This document shows, one piece after another, positions 19,171 through 28,236 of a DNA stretch of 64,000 nt. Under the pieces are notes generated by a model. It ran no database searches. It saw nothing but the letters and a program-made list of their open reading frames with translations, and was not told where the DNA came from. Every line of letters starts with the position of its first letter. The stretch's first letter is position 1. Origin of the DNA: Patescibacteria group bacterium (lineage in GTDB: Bacteria > Patescibacteriota > Minisyncoccia > Minisyncoccales > JAHCRE01). Position numbers and translations under genes: made by a program. The stretch is from positions 12,652 through 76,651 of the forward strand of contig JAHCRH010000001.1 of the NCBI GenBank assembly GCA_020148025.1, read 5' to 3'.

Positions 19171-20808
19171 ATGGAAAAAATAATTTTAATTGGAGGAAAA
19201 GCTGGTCAGGGTTCAGCCCTCACCTCTTATTTTATAGGAAAGATATTTTGTAGTTTGGGATATTATGTTTTTAATTACCGGGATTACCCTTCTTTAATAA
19301 GAGGAGGGCATAATTTTAATGTTCTGAGAATTTCTGACAAGCCGGTTTATTCTCACAAAAACAAATACGACATTATCTTGGCCTTAGACCAGAAAACTAT
19401 CGATTTACATCAAAAAGACTTAAATAAAAACGGTTTCGTTATTGGAGACAAAACTTTAAAGGCAAAGAAACTATGTTCAATCGATCTAAAATCCATTCTA
19501 AGCAGATTAAAAGCGCCCAAAATTTTAGAAGCCGATATTTTAGTAGGTTTTCTTTTTAAACATTTTGGAGTTAATAAAAAAATTTTATTAAAAGCTGCAG
19601 AAAAACAATTTAGAGAGAAAGCAAAATTGGTAAAAAAAACAATAGAAGAGGGATATGATTTGGCCAAAACGAAAGGAAAACTAAAAAAGATAGGTCCAGC
19701 CAAATATTTCATCTCTGGGAACGAAGCAATAAGCATAGGAGCTTTGGCTGCAGGCCTTGATATTTACATTGCCTATCCAATGACACCAGCTACTCATGTC
19801 TTGCATTTCTTGGCCAAAAGACAACTGGAACATAATATTTTAGTATTACAATTGGAGAACGAAACTGGAATAGCAAATGCAGCTGTGGGAGCTTCTTTTG
19901 CTGGGGCTAAAGTAATGGTTGGAACCTCTGGAGGCGGCTTTGCTTTAATGACCGAAGCCTTGAGTTTAGCCGGTATGTCGGAACTACCTTTAGTAGTCTA
20001 TTTAGCTCAAAGAACAGCTCCTGCTTCTGGAGTTCCAACCTACACTGCCCAGGGCGATCTAAAATTTGCTTTAAATAGTGGCCACGGTGAATTTCCAAGG
20101 ATTGTTGTTGCTCCCGGGGATCCGCAGGAAGCTATAATAAGAGCCCAAGAAGCTTTCTATCTATCTTCAAGATATAGAACTCTGGCAATTCTTTTGGGTG
20201 ATAAACATTTAGGAGAAAGCAATTATAGTTTTGATGAAATTAAAAAATCTCCGATAGGTAATCAAAGATTTCTCTTAAAAAATCCTTCAAAAAATTACAA
20301 AGGTTATCAAATTACCAAGACCGGAGTTTCTCCTAGAGCAGTTCCGGGCCAGGGTCCTTTTGTTCGTGCTACCAGTTACGAACATAACGAATACGGAAAT
20401 ACGATTGAAGACCCCGACTGGATAGTTAAAATGAACAACAAGCGCTTAAAAAAAATTAGACATCTGGTGCGAGATATAAAGAAGTTTAACCCCGTTACTG
20501 TATATGGTAAAGGAAAAAATCTGATAATTGGTTGGGGGTCGACTAAAGGAGCAATAATTGATGCAATCTCCGAACTCAATAATTTTAGGTTTTTGCAAAT
20601 TTCTTATCTTAGCCCGTTCCCAAAAGAAAAAGTGGCGAAAGAAATTAAAAAATCTCAGAAAATAATTCTGGTAGAAAATAATGCAACCGGCTTATTAGGT
20701 GATGTAATTGCTGAACAAACCGGTCTAATTATCAAAGATAAAGTTTTAAAATATGATGCCAGACCCTTTACCCCTTCTGATATTATTAGGGGTATTAAAA
20801 AATTATGA
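19171..20808 (+). CDS. 2-oxoacid:ferredoxin oxidoreductase alpha subunit (gamma-alpha fused)
   Basis: GGKAGQG, YPSLIRGGHN, AYPMTPA, TSGGGFALMTE. Confidence 0.92.
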   Translation: MEKIILIGGKAGQGSALTSYFIGKIFCSLGYYVFNYRDYPSLIRGGHNFNVLRISDKPVYSHKNKYDIILALDQKTIDLHQKDLNKNGFVIGDKTLKAKKLCSIDLKSILSRLKAPKILEADILVGFLFKHFGVNKKILLKAAEKQFREKAKLVKKTIEEGYDLAKTKGKLKKIGPAKYFISGNEAISIGALAAGLDIYIAYPMTPATHVLHFLAKRQLEHNILVLQLENETGIANAAVGASFAGAKVMVGTSGGGFALMTEALSLAGMSELPLVVYLAQRTAPASGVPTYTAQGDLKFALNSGHGEFPRIVVAPGDPQEAIIRAQEAFYLSSRYRTLAILLGDKHLGESNYSFDEIKKSPIGNQRFLLKNPSKNYKGYQITKTGVSPRAVPGQGPFVRATSYEHNEYGNTIEDPDWIVKMNNKRLKKIRHLVRDIKKFNPVTVYGKGKNLIIGWGSTKGAIIDAISELNNFRFLQISYLSPFPKEKVAKEIKKSQKIILVENNATGLLGDVIAEQTGLIIKDKVLKYDARPFTPSDIIRGIKKL

Positions 20809-21674
20809 AAATTGAAAAATTAAGCACAAAAGAAGAAATTACTTGGTGTCCTGGATGTTCGAATAACGGAATTTTACAAGCTTCAAAAGAAGCGATAGTT
20901 GGTTTAGTAAATAAAAATAAAATTAAAGCCAAAGATGTTACAATTGTTACTGGCGTTGGTTGTAGCCCCAAAATTTTTGACTATGTCAATGTAAATGGGT
21001 TTTATGGACTTCACGGTAGAGTCTTACCTGTTTGTCTGGGCATAAAAAATGGTAATCCAAAATTAACAGTCATTGGTTTTGCCGGAGATGGGGGTACTTA
21101 TGCGGAAGGGATCGCCCACTTTATTCATGCCTGCCGCTACAATGCAAATTTTACAATGATTGTTCATAATAATCAGGTTTTTTCCTTAACCACTGGTCAG
21201 GCTACTCCTACTTCAGAAAAAGGATTTGTTGATGGTTCCACTCCCTTAGGGATAAAAGAGAAGCCATTGAATCCAATTGTCCTGGCCTTAGAAAGCGGAG
21301 CAAGTTTTGTAGCCAGGGGTTATGCTTTAGATGTTCCTCATTTGAAAAATCTTATAAAACAGGCAATAGCGCATAAGGGGTTTGCTTTTGTTGATGTCTT
21401 GCAACCCTGCTTGATATTTCATAATACTACTCCTTATTTTCAAAAAAATATTTACAAGTTAGACAAAAGCCACGATATTTCAGATCTTGAAAGAGCTTTA
21501 CAGAAAGCCAAAGAATGGGACTATTGTTTCGATAAGGACACTAAAATCCCCATTGGCATTTTTTACAAAAAAAGAAAGCCAACCTTTGAAGAGCAATGGC
21601 CCCAATTGAAAAAACCCTGGTATAATATTAAAAGAGAGATAGATTGGGAAAGGATTATCGAAAAGTTTAAATAG
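20805..21674 (+). CDS. 2-oxoacid:ferredoxin oxidoreductase beta subunit
   Basis: TWCPGC, LHGR, AGDGG TPP motif, NNQVFSLTTGQ, VLQPC. Confidence 0.92.
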   Translation: MKIEKLSTKEEITWCPGCSNNGILQASKEAIVGLVNKNKIKAKDVTIVTGVGCSPKIFDYVNVNGFYGLHGRVLPVCLGIKNGNPKLTVIGFAGDGGTYAEGIAHFIHACRYNANFTMIVHNNQVFSLTTGQATPTSEKGFVDGSTPLGIKEKPLNPIVLALESGASFVARGYALDVPHLKNLIKQAIAHKGFAFVDVLQPCLIFHNTTPYFQKNIYKLDKSHDISDLERALQKAKEWDYCFDKDTKIPIGIFYKKRKPTFEEQWPQLKKPWYNIKREIDWERIIEKFK

Positions 21675-21685
21675 TTTTTAAATCA

Positions 21686-22927
21686 ATGGTAAAAGCTGTG
21701 ATTTTAGCTGCGGGTTCTTCATCTAGGTTTTGGCCCTTGAATGTTCAACATAAGGGTCTTTTTAAAATAATTGGTCGACCCTTAATTTGGTATACAATTG
21801 AAAATTTAAGAAAAAACGGAATAAAAGAATTAATAATTGTTCAAGGACAAAAAAAAGACATAGAAAAAGAATTAAAAAATTATAAATTCCAGAATTTAAA
21901 GACAAAATATGTTATTCAAAAAAAACCTCTGGGGACTGGAGACGCTCTCAAGCGAGCTAAAGCATTTATTAAAGATAAATTTATTCTCTTATACGGTGAT
22001 GATTTCTACAGCGAGGAAGATATAAAAAAATGTCTAAAGAAAAAACCCTGTATTTTAATAAAACAGGTGCAAAATCCCAATAATTTTGGACAGGTAGTTG
22101 TCCAAAAAAATCGGGTTAAAAAATTAATTGAAAAACCGAAAAAGAAAGTTTCAAGGCTGGTTAATACCGGCCTTTATCTTTTAGATAAATCAATTTTCGA
22201 TTTTAAAATAAGAAAATCTAAAAGGAAAGAATATGAACTCATTGATTTTGTTAAAGAATTAATAAAAAAAGAAAAATTGTATTTTAAGATTGCAAAAAAC
22301 TGGATTCCAATTTCTTATCCCTGGGATTTGTTTAATGTTAATAAATTTTTATTAAATAAAATTAAAAGAAAGATTTTTGGAAAAGTAGAAAAATACACTA
22401 CTCTCAAAGGGAAAATAATCGTTGGCAAAAAAACAATAATAAAGAATGGAACTTATATCGAAGGACCAGTTTATATCGGAAATAATTGTCAAATTGGGCC
22501 TAGCTGTTATATAAGGAAGTTCACTTCAATTGGTGATAATTGTAATATTGGTCAAGCAGTGGAAATAAAAAATTCCATTATTGGTGATAATTCAAGGGTA
22601 TCTCATTTAAGCTATTTGGGAGATTCCATAATAGGGCCAAATTGTAACTTAGGAGCTGGAACAATTATGGCTAATCTCAGATTCGATTCCAAGACAGTAA
22701 AAGCGAAAATTCGTGGCAAATTGATAGATACTGGAAGAAAAAAATTAGGCTGTATTCTAGGAGATAATGTTAAAACAGGAATTAACGTCTCTTTAATGCC
22801 AGGAGTTTTAATAGGATCTGATTGTCAAATCGGGCCTGACTCTTTAGTTTTCAAAAATATTAAAGATAATACGATTTATTACACCCGCCAAAGTTTAAAG
22901 AAACTCAAGCGGACAAGAAAAACTTGA
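21686..22927 (+). CDS. Bifunctional sugar-1-phosphate nucleotidyl/acetyltransferase (archaeal-type GlmU-like)
   Basis: LAAGSSSRFWP, hexapeptide repeats, HLSYLGDSIIG..NLGAGT..ANLRFD, TGRKKLG. Confidence 0.88.
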   Translation: MVKAVILAAGSSSRFWPLNVQHKGLFKIIGRPLIWYTIENLRKNGIKELIIVQGQKKDIEKELKNYKFQNLKTKYVIQKKPLGTGDALKRAKAFIKDKFILLYGDDFYSEEDIKKCLKKKPCILIKQVQNPNNFGQVVVQKNRVKKLIEKPKKKVSRLVNTGLYLLDKSIFDFKIRKSKRKEYELIDFVKELIKKEKLYFKIAKNWIPISYPWDLFNVNKFLLNKIKRKIFGKVEKYTTLKGKIIVGKKTIIKNGTYIEGPVYIGNNCQIGPSCYIRKFTSIGDNCNIGQAVEIKNSIIGDNSRVSHLSYLGDSIIGPNCNLGAGTIMANLRFDSKTVKAKIRGKLIDTGRKKLGCILGDNVKTGINVSLMPGVLIGSDCQIGPDSLVFKNIKDNTIYYTRQSLKKLKRTRKT

Positions 22928-23028
22928 AGAATTAAAGTAAAAAACTTGATGTGGATAACTTAATCTGCTATAATTGAGATGTCTTTGAAAAAATCAGGGA
23001 CTATGAAACAAAGAAAGAAGGAAACTAG

Positions 23029-23184
23029 ATGACTGAAAAAAAGATGAAGGATGGAAGACGAGCGATAACAAAAGAAGAGGCAATCAAAAACTTTAAATTC
23101 CTACCAAAAGGACTCAAGAGAAGAATATTAGCTTCGCCAGAGCTGACTGAAGCCGAAAAGGCCGAACTGCGTTTTGGCTACTAA
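23029..23184 (+). CDS. Small hypothetical protein (51 aa)
   Basis: MTEKKMKDGRRAITKEEAIKNFKFLPKGLKRRILASPELTEAEKAELRFGY*; TGCTATAAT and GAAGGA upstream. Confidence 0.5.
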   Translation: MTEKKMKDGRRAITKEEAIKNFKFLPKGLKRRILASPELTEAEKAELRFGY

Positions 23185-23575
23185 TGCCAATAAAAAAACA
23201 AATCAATCCCCCTTTTTTCTTTCAAAATAAAATTGCTCTTTTAATTGCTCCTTAAAAATTTTCTTTTAATCAAAGGCATTAGTCAAAATTGGTTTAACGC
23301 CTATTTTTTTTAGGCTTGACTAATTTTGAAAGAAATGATAAAAAGAAAATAGCTCATAAGAAATATGATCTCGAATTGGGTCGTGATTGAGTGAATGTGC
23401 CGCGAGTCACGGACTCGTAATGTGAGGTAAGAGGATGCCGACGCCCTCCTTATCCATTCCTCTGGCCGAGGCTCCCGCCCACGAGAAAATTGATTCCTGA
23501 AAGGCGTTCAACAATAAAACTTACGAACGCCTATTTTTTATTTAATTCAGAACTTAAAAATGTTAAGATAAAAAA

Positions 23576-24595
23576 ATGAAAAAGAAGAATCAAAAGTTTA
23601 CTTATCGAGACCTTCAATCCCAGTCCGCCACCGCCCGCGAGCGGACTCGCGGGCGGGCGAGCGGCGGGCCGATGGGGGGCGGATATGTAATTGGAGTAGA
23701 TGGAGGAGGAACAAAAACAATTGCTGCTTTGGCTAATTTAAAAGGAAAGATTTTGAAACTGGCAAAAACTGGGCCTTCAAATTTGAGGAACGTTGGAATA
23801 AAAAAAGCAGCTGAAAATATTGCTTTAGCAATTAAAAAAGTTTTGCCAAAGAAAGGAAAAATTTTATCTACTTTTATAGCTTTGGCAGCAGTTGAAGAAG
23901 AGTATAAATTCAAAAAAGAAAGAATCAAAAAAGAGATTTTAAAAGAAAAAGGAGTTTCTAAAATTTCAAAAGGAAAAATAGAAATTGGTTCAGATCAAGT
24001 TATAGCTTTTAGAGCAGGAACTGATGACAAAGATGGCGTTGTTCTAATTTCAGGCACGGGTTGTGTAGCTCGTGGCTGGAAAGGGAATAAAGAAGCAAAA
24101 GTTTCAGGTTGGGGTTGGTTAGATGATGAGGGTTCTGGATTTTGGGCGGGTCAAAGGGGTTTCCAGGCAGTTTTAAAAGAATTAGATGGTCGAGGGCCAA
24201 AAACTAAAATTACGAAATTAATTTTTAAGGAATGGAAATTGAAAAATAAAGAGGACCTTCTAAAAAAAGTTTATTCAAAAAATTCAATTCGCCAGGTTTC
24301 TTGTATCTCAAGAATCGTTGATAAAGCTGCTGAGGAAGGGGATAAAATTGCCAAAAGTATAATGAAAGAAGCTGGAAAGCAATTAGCTCAAGCTACCATT
24401 TCGGTAATTAAAAAATTAAATTTCAAAAATCAGAAATTCCCCTTAGTTTTGGTTGGCAGAATGTTTAGGTCGAAGGTTGTTTTAAAGAAAGTTAAATCTC
24501 AAGTGAAAAAAATTGCTCCAAGAGTGAAATTTATTCGGCCCAAAAAAGAACCAGTACTTGGGGCAGTAAAATTGGCTATTGAAAATTTAAAATAA
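23576..24595 (+). CDS. BadF/BadG/BcrA/BcrD-type sugar kinase (N-acetylglucosamine kinase-like)
   Basis: IGVDGGGTKT, ISGTG, GWGWLDDEGSG; N-terminus carries a GC-rich hairpin insert. Confidence 0.88.
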   Translation: MKKKNQKFTYRDLQSQSATARERTRGRASGGPMGGGYVIGVDGGGTKTIAALANLKGKILKLAKTGPSNLRNVGIKKAAENIALAIKKVLPKKGKILSTFIALAAVEEEYKFKKERIKKEILKEKGVSKISKGKIEIGSDQVIAFRAGTDDKDGVVLISGTGCVARGWKGNKEAKVSGWGWLDDEGSGFWAGQRGFQAVLKELDGRGPKTKITKLIFKEWKLKNKEDLLKKVYSKNSIRQVSCISRIVDKAAEEGDKIAKSIMKEAGKQLAQATISVIKKLNFKNQKFPLVLVGRMFRSKVVLKKVKSQVKKIAPRVKFIRPKKEPVLGAVKLAIENLK

Positions 24596-24655
24596 ATCAG
24601 TTCGAGAGCTGTTCTCGGGATTAACTACAAAAAAGCCCTTAAAGGGCTTTTTTGT

Positions 24656-24741
24656 TGGTGCCGCCGGTGGGAGTTGAACCCACATGAGGTTTCCCTCATG
24701 CGATTTTGAGTCGCACGCGTAATCCATTCCGCCACGGCGGC
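24656..24741 (-). tRNA. tRNA-Leu (anticodon CAA)
   Basis: Minus strand GCCGCCG..GACT-CAA-AATC..long variable arm..GGTTCAACTCC..CGGCGGC-A-CCA. Confidence 0.95.
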
Positions 24742-24783
24742 CTATTCTTAATTTATCAATTTTAAAACCAGTCGTCAATTTTA

Positions 24784-26841
24784 CTATTTTTCAAAACCAC
24801 ATTCTTTATTTGAACATTTTATTTGACCTCTTTTAGTTTTTATCAGTAGTGCTACGCATTTTGGACATTTTTCGCCAGTCGGTCTATCCCATAAGGCAAA
24901 ATCACATTCCGGCCAATTTGAGCAGCCATAAAAAATTTTTCCTTTTTTGGTTCTTTTTTGGGCTACTTCTCCTTTTTTACATTTCGGACATTTTATCCCT
25001 AAAGTTTCTTTTTTAAGGGGCTCAGTGTATTTACATTTTGGATATTTCGGACAAGCATAAAATCTTCCAAATTTTCCAAGCCTAATTATCATCTGCGAGC
25101 CACACTTGGGACAGATTTTCTCAGTTTTTTCGATCAAATCTTTCTTTGAAATTTCTTTTTCTTTTTGTTTAAGATTCTCTTCAAAGGGATTATAGAATTC
25201 TTTTAAAACCTTAACCCATTTTTCTTTTCCTTCGGCAATTTCATCCAGATCTTTCTCCATTTCGGCGGTGAATTCAATATCAACGATTTTCGGAAAATGA
25301 CTCACTAAAAGATCATTGACCACAGTTCCGATTTCTGTTGGTCCAAATCTCTTTTTTTCATCTTTCTCAATATAGTTTCTTTGCTGAATCGTAGATAATA
25401 TTGGAGCATAAGTTGAGGGCCGGCCAATTCCATTTTTTTCTAGTGCTCGAATCAAAGTGGCCTCAGTGTATCTTGGCGGAGGTTGGGTAAAGTGCTGAGA
25501 GGGAATTAATTCGATAAGTTTTAGAACTTCTTCAATTTCAAGTGGCGGCAATTCTTTTTCTTCGAATTTAATGGGATAGACTTTTAGGAATCCATCGAAT
25601 TTTAAAATTTGCCCCGTGGCCCGAAAAGTATAACTTGTCGCTTGCCGCTTGCCACTTGTCGTTAACACATCAACCGTTGTTGAATCAAAAATAGCTTGAG
25701 CCATCTGGCAGCCAATAAATCTCCGCCAGATTAAATCATAGAGCCGGGAACTGTTCTCATCCAATTTTAGTTTCTCAAGAATTTTGCTAGGATAGGTGGG
25801 TCTTATGGCTTCGTGAGCCTCCTGGACTTTTCCTTTGGCTTTATATTTTCTTAGGAAACCTGCCCAATACTCTTCACCATAGTGATTAATGATAAATTTT
25901 TTAGCTGCGAATAAAGACAGATTAGAAAGATTTAAAGAATCGGTTCTATGATAGGTGATATGTCCTTTTTCATAAAGATTCTGAGCGACCCGCATTGTTA
26001 ATTTGGCTGGCCAGTGAAATCTTTGCCAGGCTTCTTGCTGAAGGGTGCTAGTTGTAAAAGGAGGTAGGGGATTTCTTTTTGTTTCTTTTTTTTCGATATT
26101 AATTACTTTATATTCGGCCTCTTTTAAATCTTTTAAAATTTTATCTGCCTCCTTTTTTGTTTTAATTCCCAATTTTGTGATAGCTTTCCCATCTTTTTTA
26201 ATCAAAATCGCTTCAAATTCAGTTGGCAGAGGCCCGTCCTCTTCCAGTTTTTTTAGATGGACGGTGATTTTCCAGTATTCCTGAGGGACAAAGTTTTTAA
26301 TTTCTCTTTCTCTTTCCACCACTAATCTTACGGTCACTGATTGAACTCTTCCTGCTGACAACCCTCTGGCTATTTTTTTCCATAAAAAAGGAGAAAGCTT
26401 ATAGCCGACAATTCTATCTAAAATCCTTCTGGTCTGTTGGGCATCAACCAAATCCATATCAATTTTTCTCGGATTCTTCAGAGCCTCCTCAATTGCCGAT
26501 TTGGTAATTTCGTGAAAAACAATTCTTTGATAAGGATTTTTTCCGTCCAAATTCAAAGTTTGAGTTAGGTGCCAGGCAATAGCTTCTCCTTCTCGATCGC
26601 TATCGGTAGCTAAAATGGTTAATTTTGATTTTTCAGTGAGTTTTTTTAAGAACTGAATTACCTTTTTAGATTTTGGAGTAATAAGATATTCTGGCTTAAA
26701 ATCCTGCTCAATATCCACCCCAAATTTCTTTTGAGGCAAATCGCGAATATGTCCAAAAGTGGCGGCAACTTGATAATCTTTGCCAAGAAATTTTTTAAGA
26801 GTTTTTGATTTTGTAGGGCTTTCAACTACTACAAGTTTCAT
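24784..26841 (-). CDS. topA: DNA topoisomerase I
   Basis: VVESPTK, DSDREGEAI, SAGRVQS, ITYHRTDS, GIGRPSTY, C-terminal Zn ribbons. Confidence 0.97.
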   Translation of the reverse strand: MKLVVVESPTKSKTLKKFLGKDYQVAATFGHIRDLPQKKFGVDIEQDFKPEYLITPKSKKVIQFLKKLTEKSKLTILATDSDREGEAIAWHLTQTLNLDGKNPYQRIVFHEITKSAIEEALKNPRKIDMDLVDAQQTRRILDRIVGYKLSPFLWKKIARGLSAGRVQSVTVRLVVEREREIKNFVPQEYWKITVHLKKLEEDGPLPTEFEAILIKKDGKAITKLGIKTKKEADKILKDLKEAEYKVINIEKKETKRNPLPPFTTSTLQQEAWQRFHWPAKLTMRVAQNLYEKGHITYHRTDSLNLSNLSLFAAKKFIINHYGEEYWAGFLRKYKAKGKVQEAHEAIRPTYPSKILEKLKLDENSSRLYDLIWRRFIGCQMAQAIFDSTTVDVLTTSGKRQATSYTFRATGQILKFDGFLKVYPIKFEEKELPPLEIEEVLKLIELIPSQHFTQPPPRYTEATLIRALEKNGIGRPSTYAPILSTIQQRNYIEKDEKKRFGPTEIGTVVNDLLVSHFPKIVDIEFTAEMEKDLDEIAEGKEKWVKVLKEFYNPFEENLKQKEKEISKKDLIEKTEKICPKCGSQMIIRLGKFGRFYACPKYPKCKYTEPLKKETLGIKCPKCKKGEVAQKRTKKGKIFYGCSNWPECDFALWDRPTGEKCPKCVALLIKTKRGQIKCSNKECGFEK

Positions 26842-26846
26842 AATTT

Positions 26847-27746
26847 TTAGCGCTTCATTGTATAAATACTCCCCCCTAAATTTCTTACTTTACCTTTTAT
26901 TTCCATTATCGCAAGTGTACTCGCCACTGTCGCAGCTTCAAGTTTTGTTTTCTCAATAATTTTATCAATATACAAGGCATCTTCTTTTAGGGCTTCTAAA
27001 ATTAAATTTTCCTCTAAAGTTTCTCCTTCAACGAGAACAGTTCTCGTTGATTTTATTGGTAAGTTTAATTCTTTTAAAATATCGTTGGCGCTTTCTACTA
27101 GTTTGGCTCCTTTTTTAATCAAGAGATGACAACCTTTTGAATTTGAGGAATGAATTGACCCGGGAATAGCAAAAATCTTCCGATTCTGTGTTTTTGCCCA
27201 ATCAGCAGTGATTAAGGCTCCAGATTTTTGTTTTGCTTCAATAACTAAAACCCCTAAACTTAATCCAGAAATTATTCTATTTCTTTGAGGGAAACTAAAT
27301 TGAGTTCCTCGAGTCCCGGGTTCATATTCAGAAATTAAACAGCCGCCTAATTCTAAAATTTTTTTAGCTAATTTTAGATTAGATTAAGGGTAAATGATTT
27401 TTTCATCAAGTCCAGTGCCCAAAACAGCAATTGTCCTTTTCCCTCTCTCGATTGTTGCCTGGTGAACAAAAGTATCAATGCCAGGAGCTAAACCCGAAAC
27501 AATAGTCAATCCGGCTTCGGCTAAGTCTCCGGCAATTTCTAAAGCAATTCTTTTTCCATAGGGAGAAAATCTTCTAGTGCCAACAATTGCAAAACGAGAT
27601 TCTTCCCGCCACAGGCGAGGCTCGTCCATGTGGGCGGCGGCCTTTAATTTACCTAGATAATAAAGAATTTTTGGTGGATTTTTAATCTTCTTTAAAAGTT
27701 TTGGATAATTTTTGTCATTTAAATCGATAGTTTTAATATCTTCCAT
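26847..27746 (-). pseudogene. dprA: DNA-protecting protein DprA interrupted by one in-frame TAA (27384-27386)
   Basis: AIVGTRR, VSGLAPGID, IYP*SNLKLA, FPQRNRIISGLS, EAKQKSGALITA, GCHLLIKKGAKLV all in one frame across the stop. Confidence 0.85.
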
Positions 27747-27823
27747 ACTTTATTGACATATTTATTGGTTTATCATAAATTAAAGACAGAGATTTAACAA
27801 GTTTGATATAAGGGTGAAAAAAA

Positions 27824-28048
27824 TTGGTAGCGGAGAATGAAAATCTACAACGGGAAATGGAAGAAAGGGTGTTACAAATCTTAAAAAAGAATCCCAACAA
27901 ATTGGTTTCTATTAGCGGTTGGGATTTCATCGGCATCGATTGGGAAGTAATTAAGTCCATGGGGAAAAGAGGGCTTATTAAAATCCATCCTTTTCCACAA
28001 GGAAGCGCGATATTCATAGGTTTGAATGAACAAAATCGCCAATTTTAA
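27824..28048 (+). CDS. Hypothetical protein
   Basis: 74-aa ORF divergent from dprA; start uncertain. Confidence 0.4.
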   Translation: MVAENENLQREMEERVLQILKKNPNKLVSISGWDFIGIDWEVIKSMGKRGLIKIHPFPQGSAIFIGLNEQNRQF

Positions 28049-28073
28049 CTATAATTAAAAAGAGGAGGGAAAG

Positions 28074-28202
28074 ATGGCTAAAGTCTGCTTTTGTGGTGAG
28101 CCCGCACATGCCAAGGGTCTTTGCGAGAAGCATTACCGGCAGAGTTATCGAAGAAGACCTCAAGTAAGAATTCGACAGAGAATCCGGCGAAAATTCCGAT
28201 AG
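28074..28202 (+). CDS. Small basic zinc-finger-like peptide (42 aa)
   Basis: MAKVCFCGEPAHAKGLCEKHYRQSYRRRPQVRIRQRIRRKFR*; TATAAT 28050, GAGGAGG SD, hairpin 28209-28236. Confidence 0.65.
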   Translation: MAKVCFCGEPAHAKGLCEKHYRQSYRRRPQVRIRQRIRRKFR

Positions 28203-28236
28203 CACCTTAAAATAACGCCTTTCAAGGCGTTTATTT

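Noticed and set aside
22950-22958. Replication origin from a perfect DnaA box (TGTGGATAA)
   Set aside because: Single box inside a promoter region; no cluster and no dnaA nearby.
27384-27386. Alternative genetic code or stop readthrough
   Set aside because: TAA, TAG and TGA all end conserved genes normally in this window; this is an isolated case.
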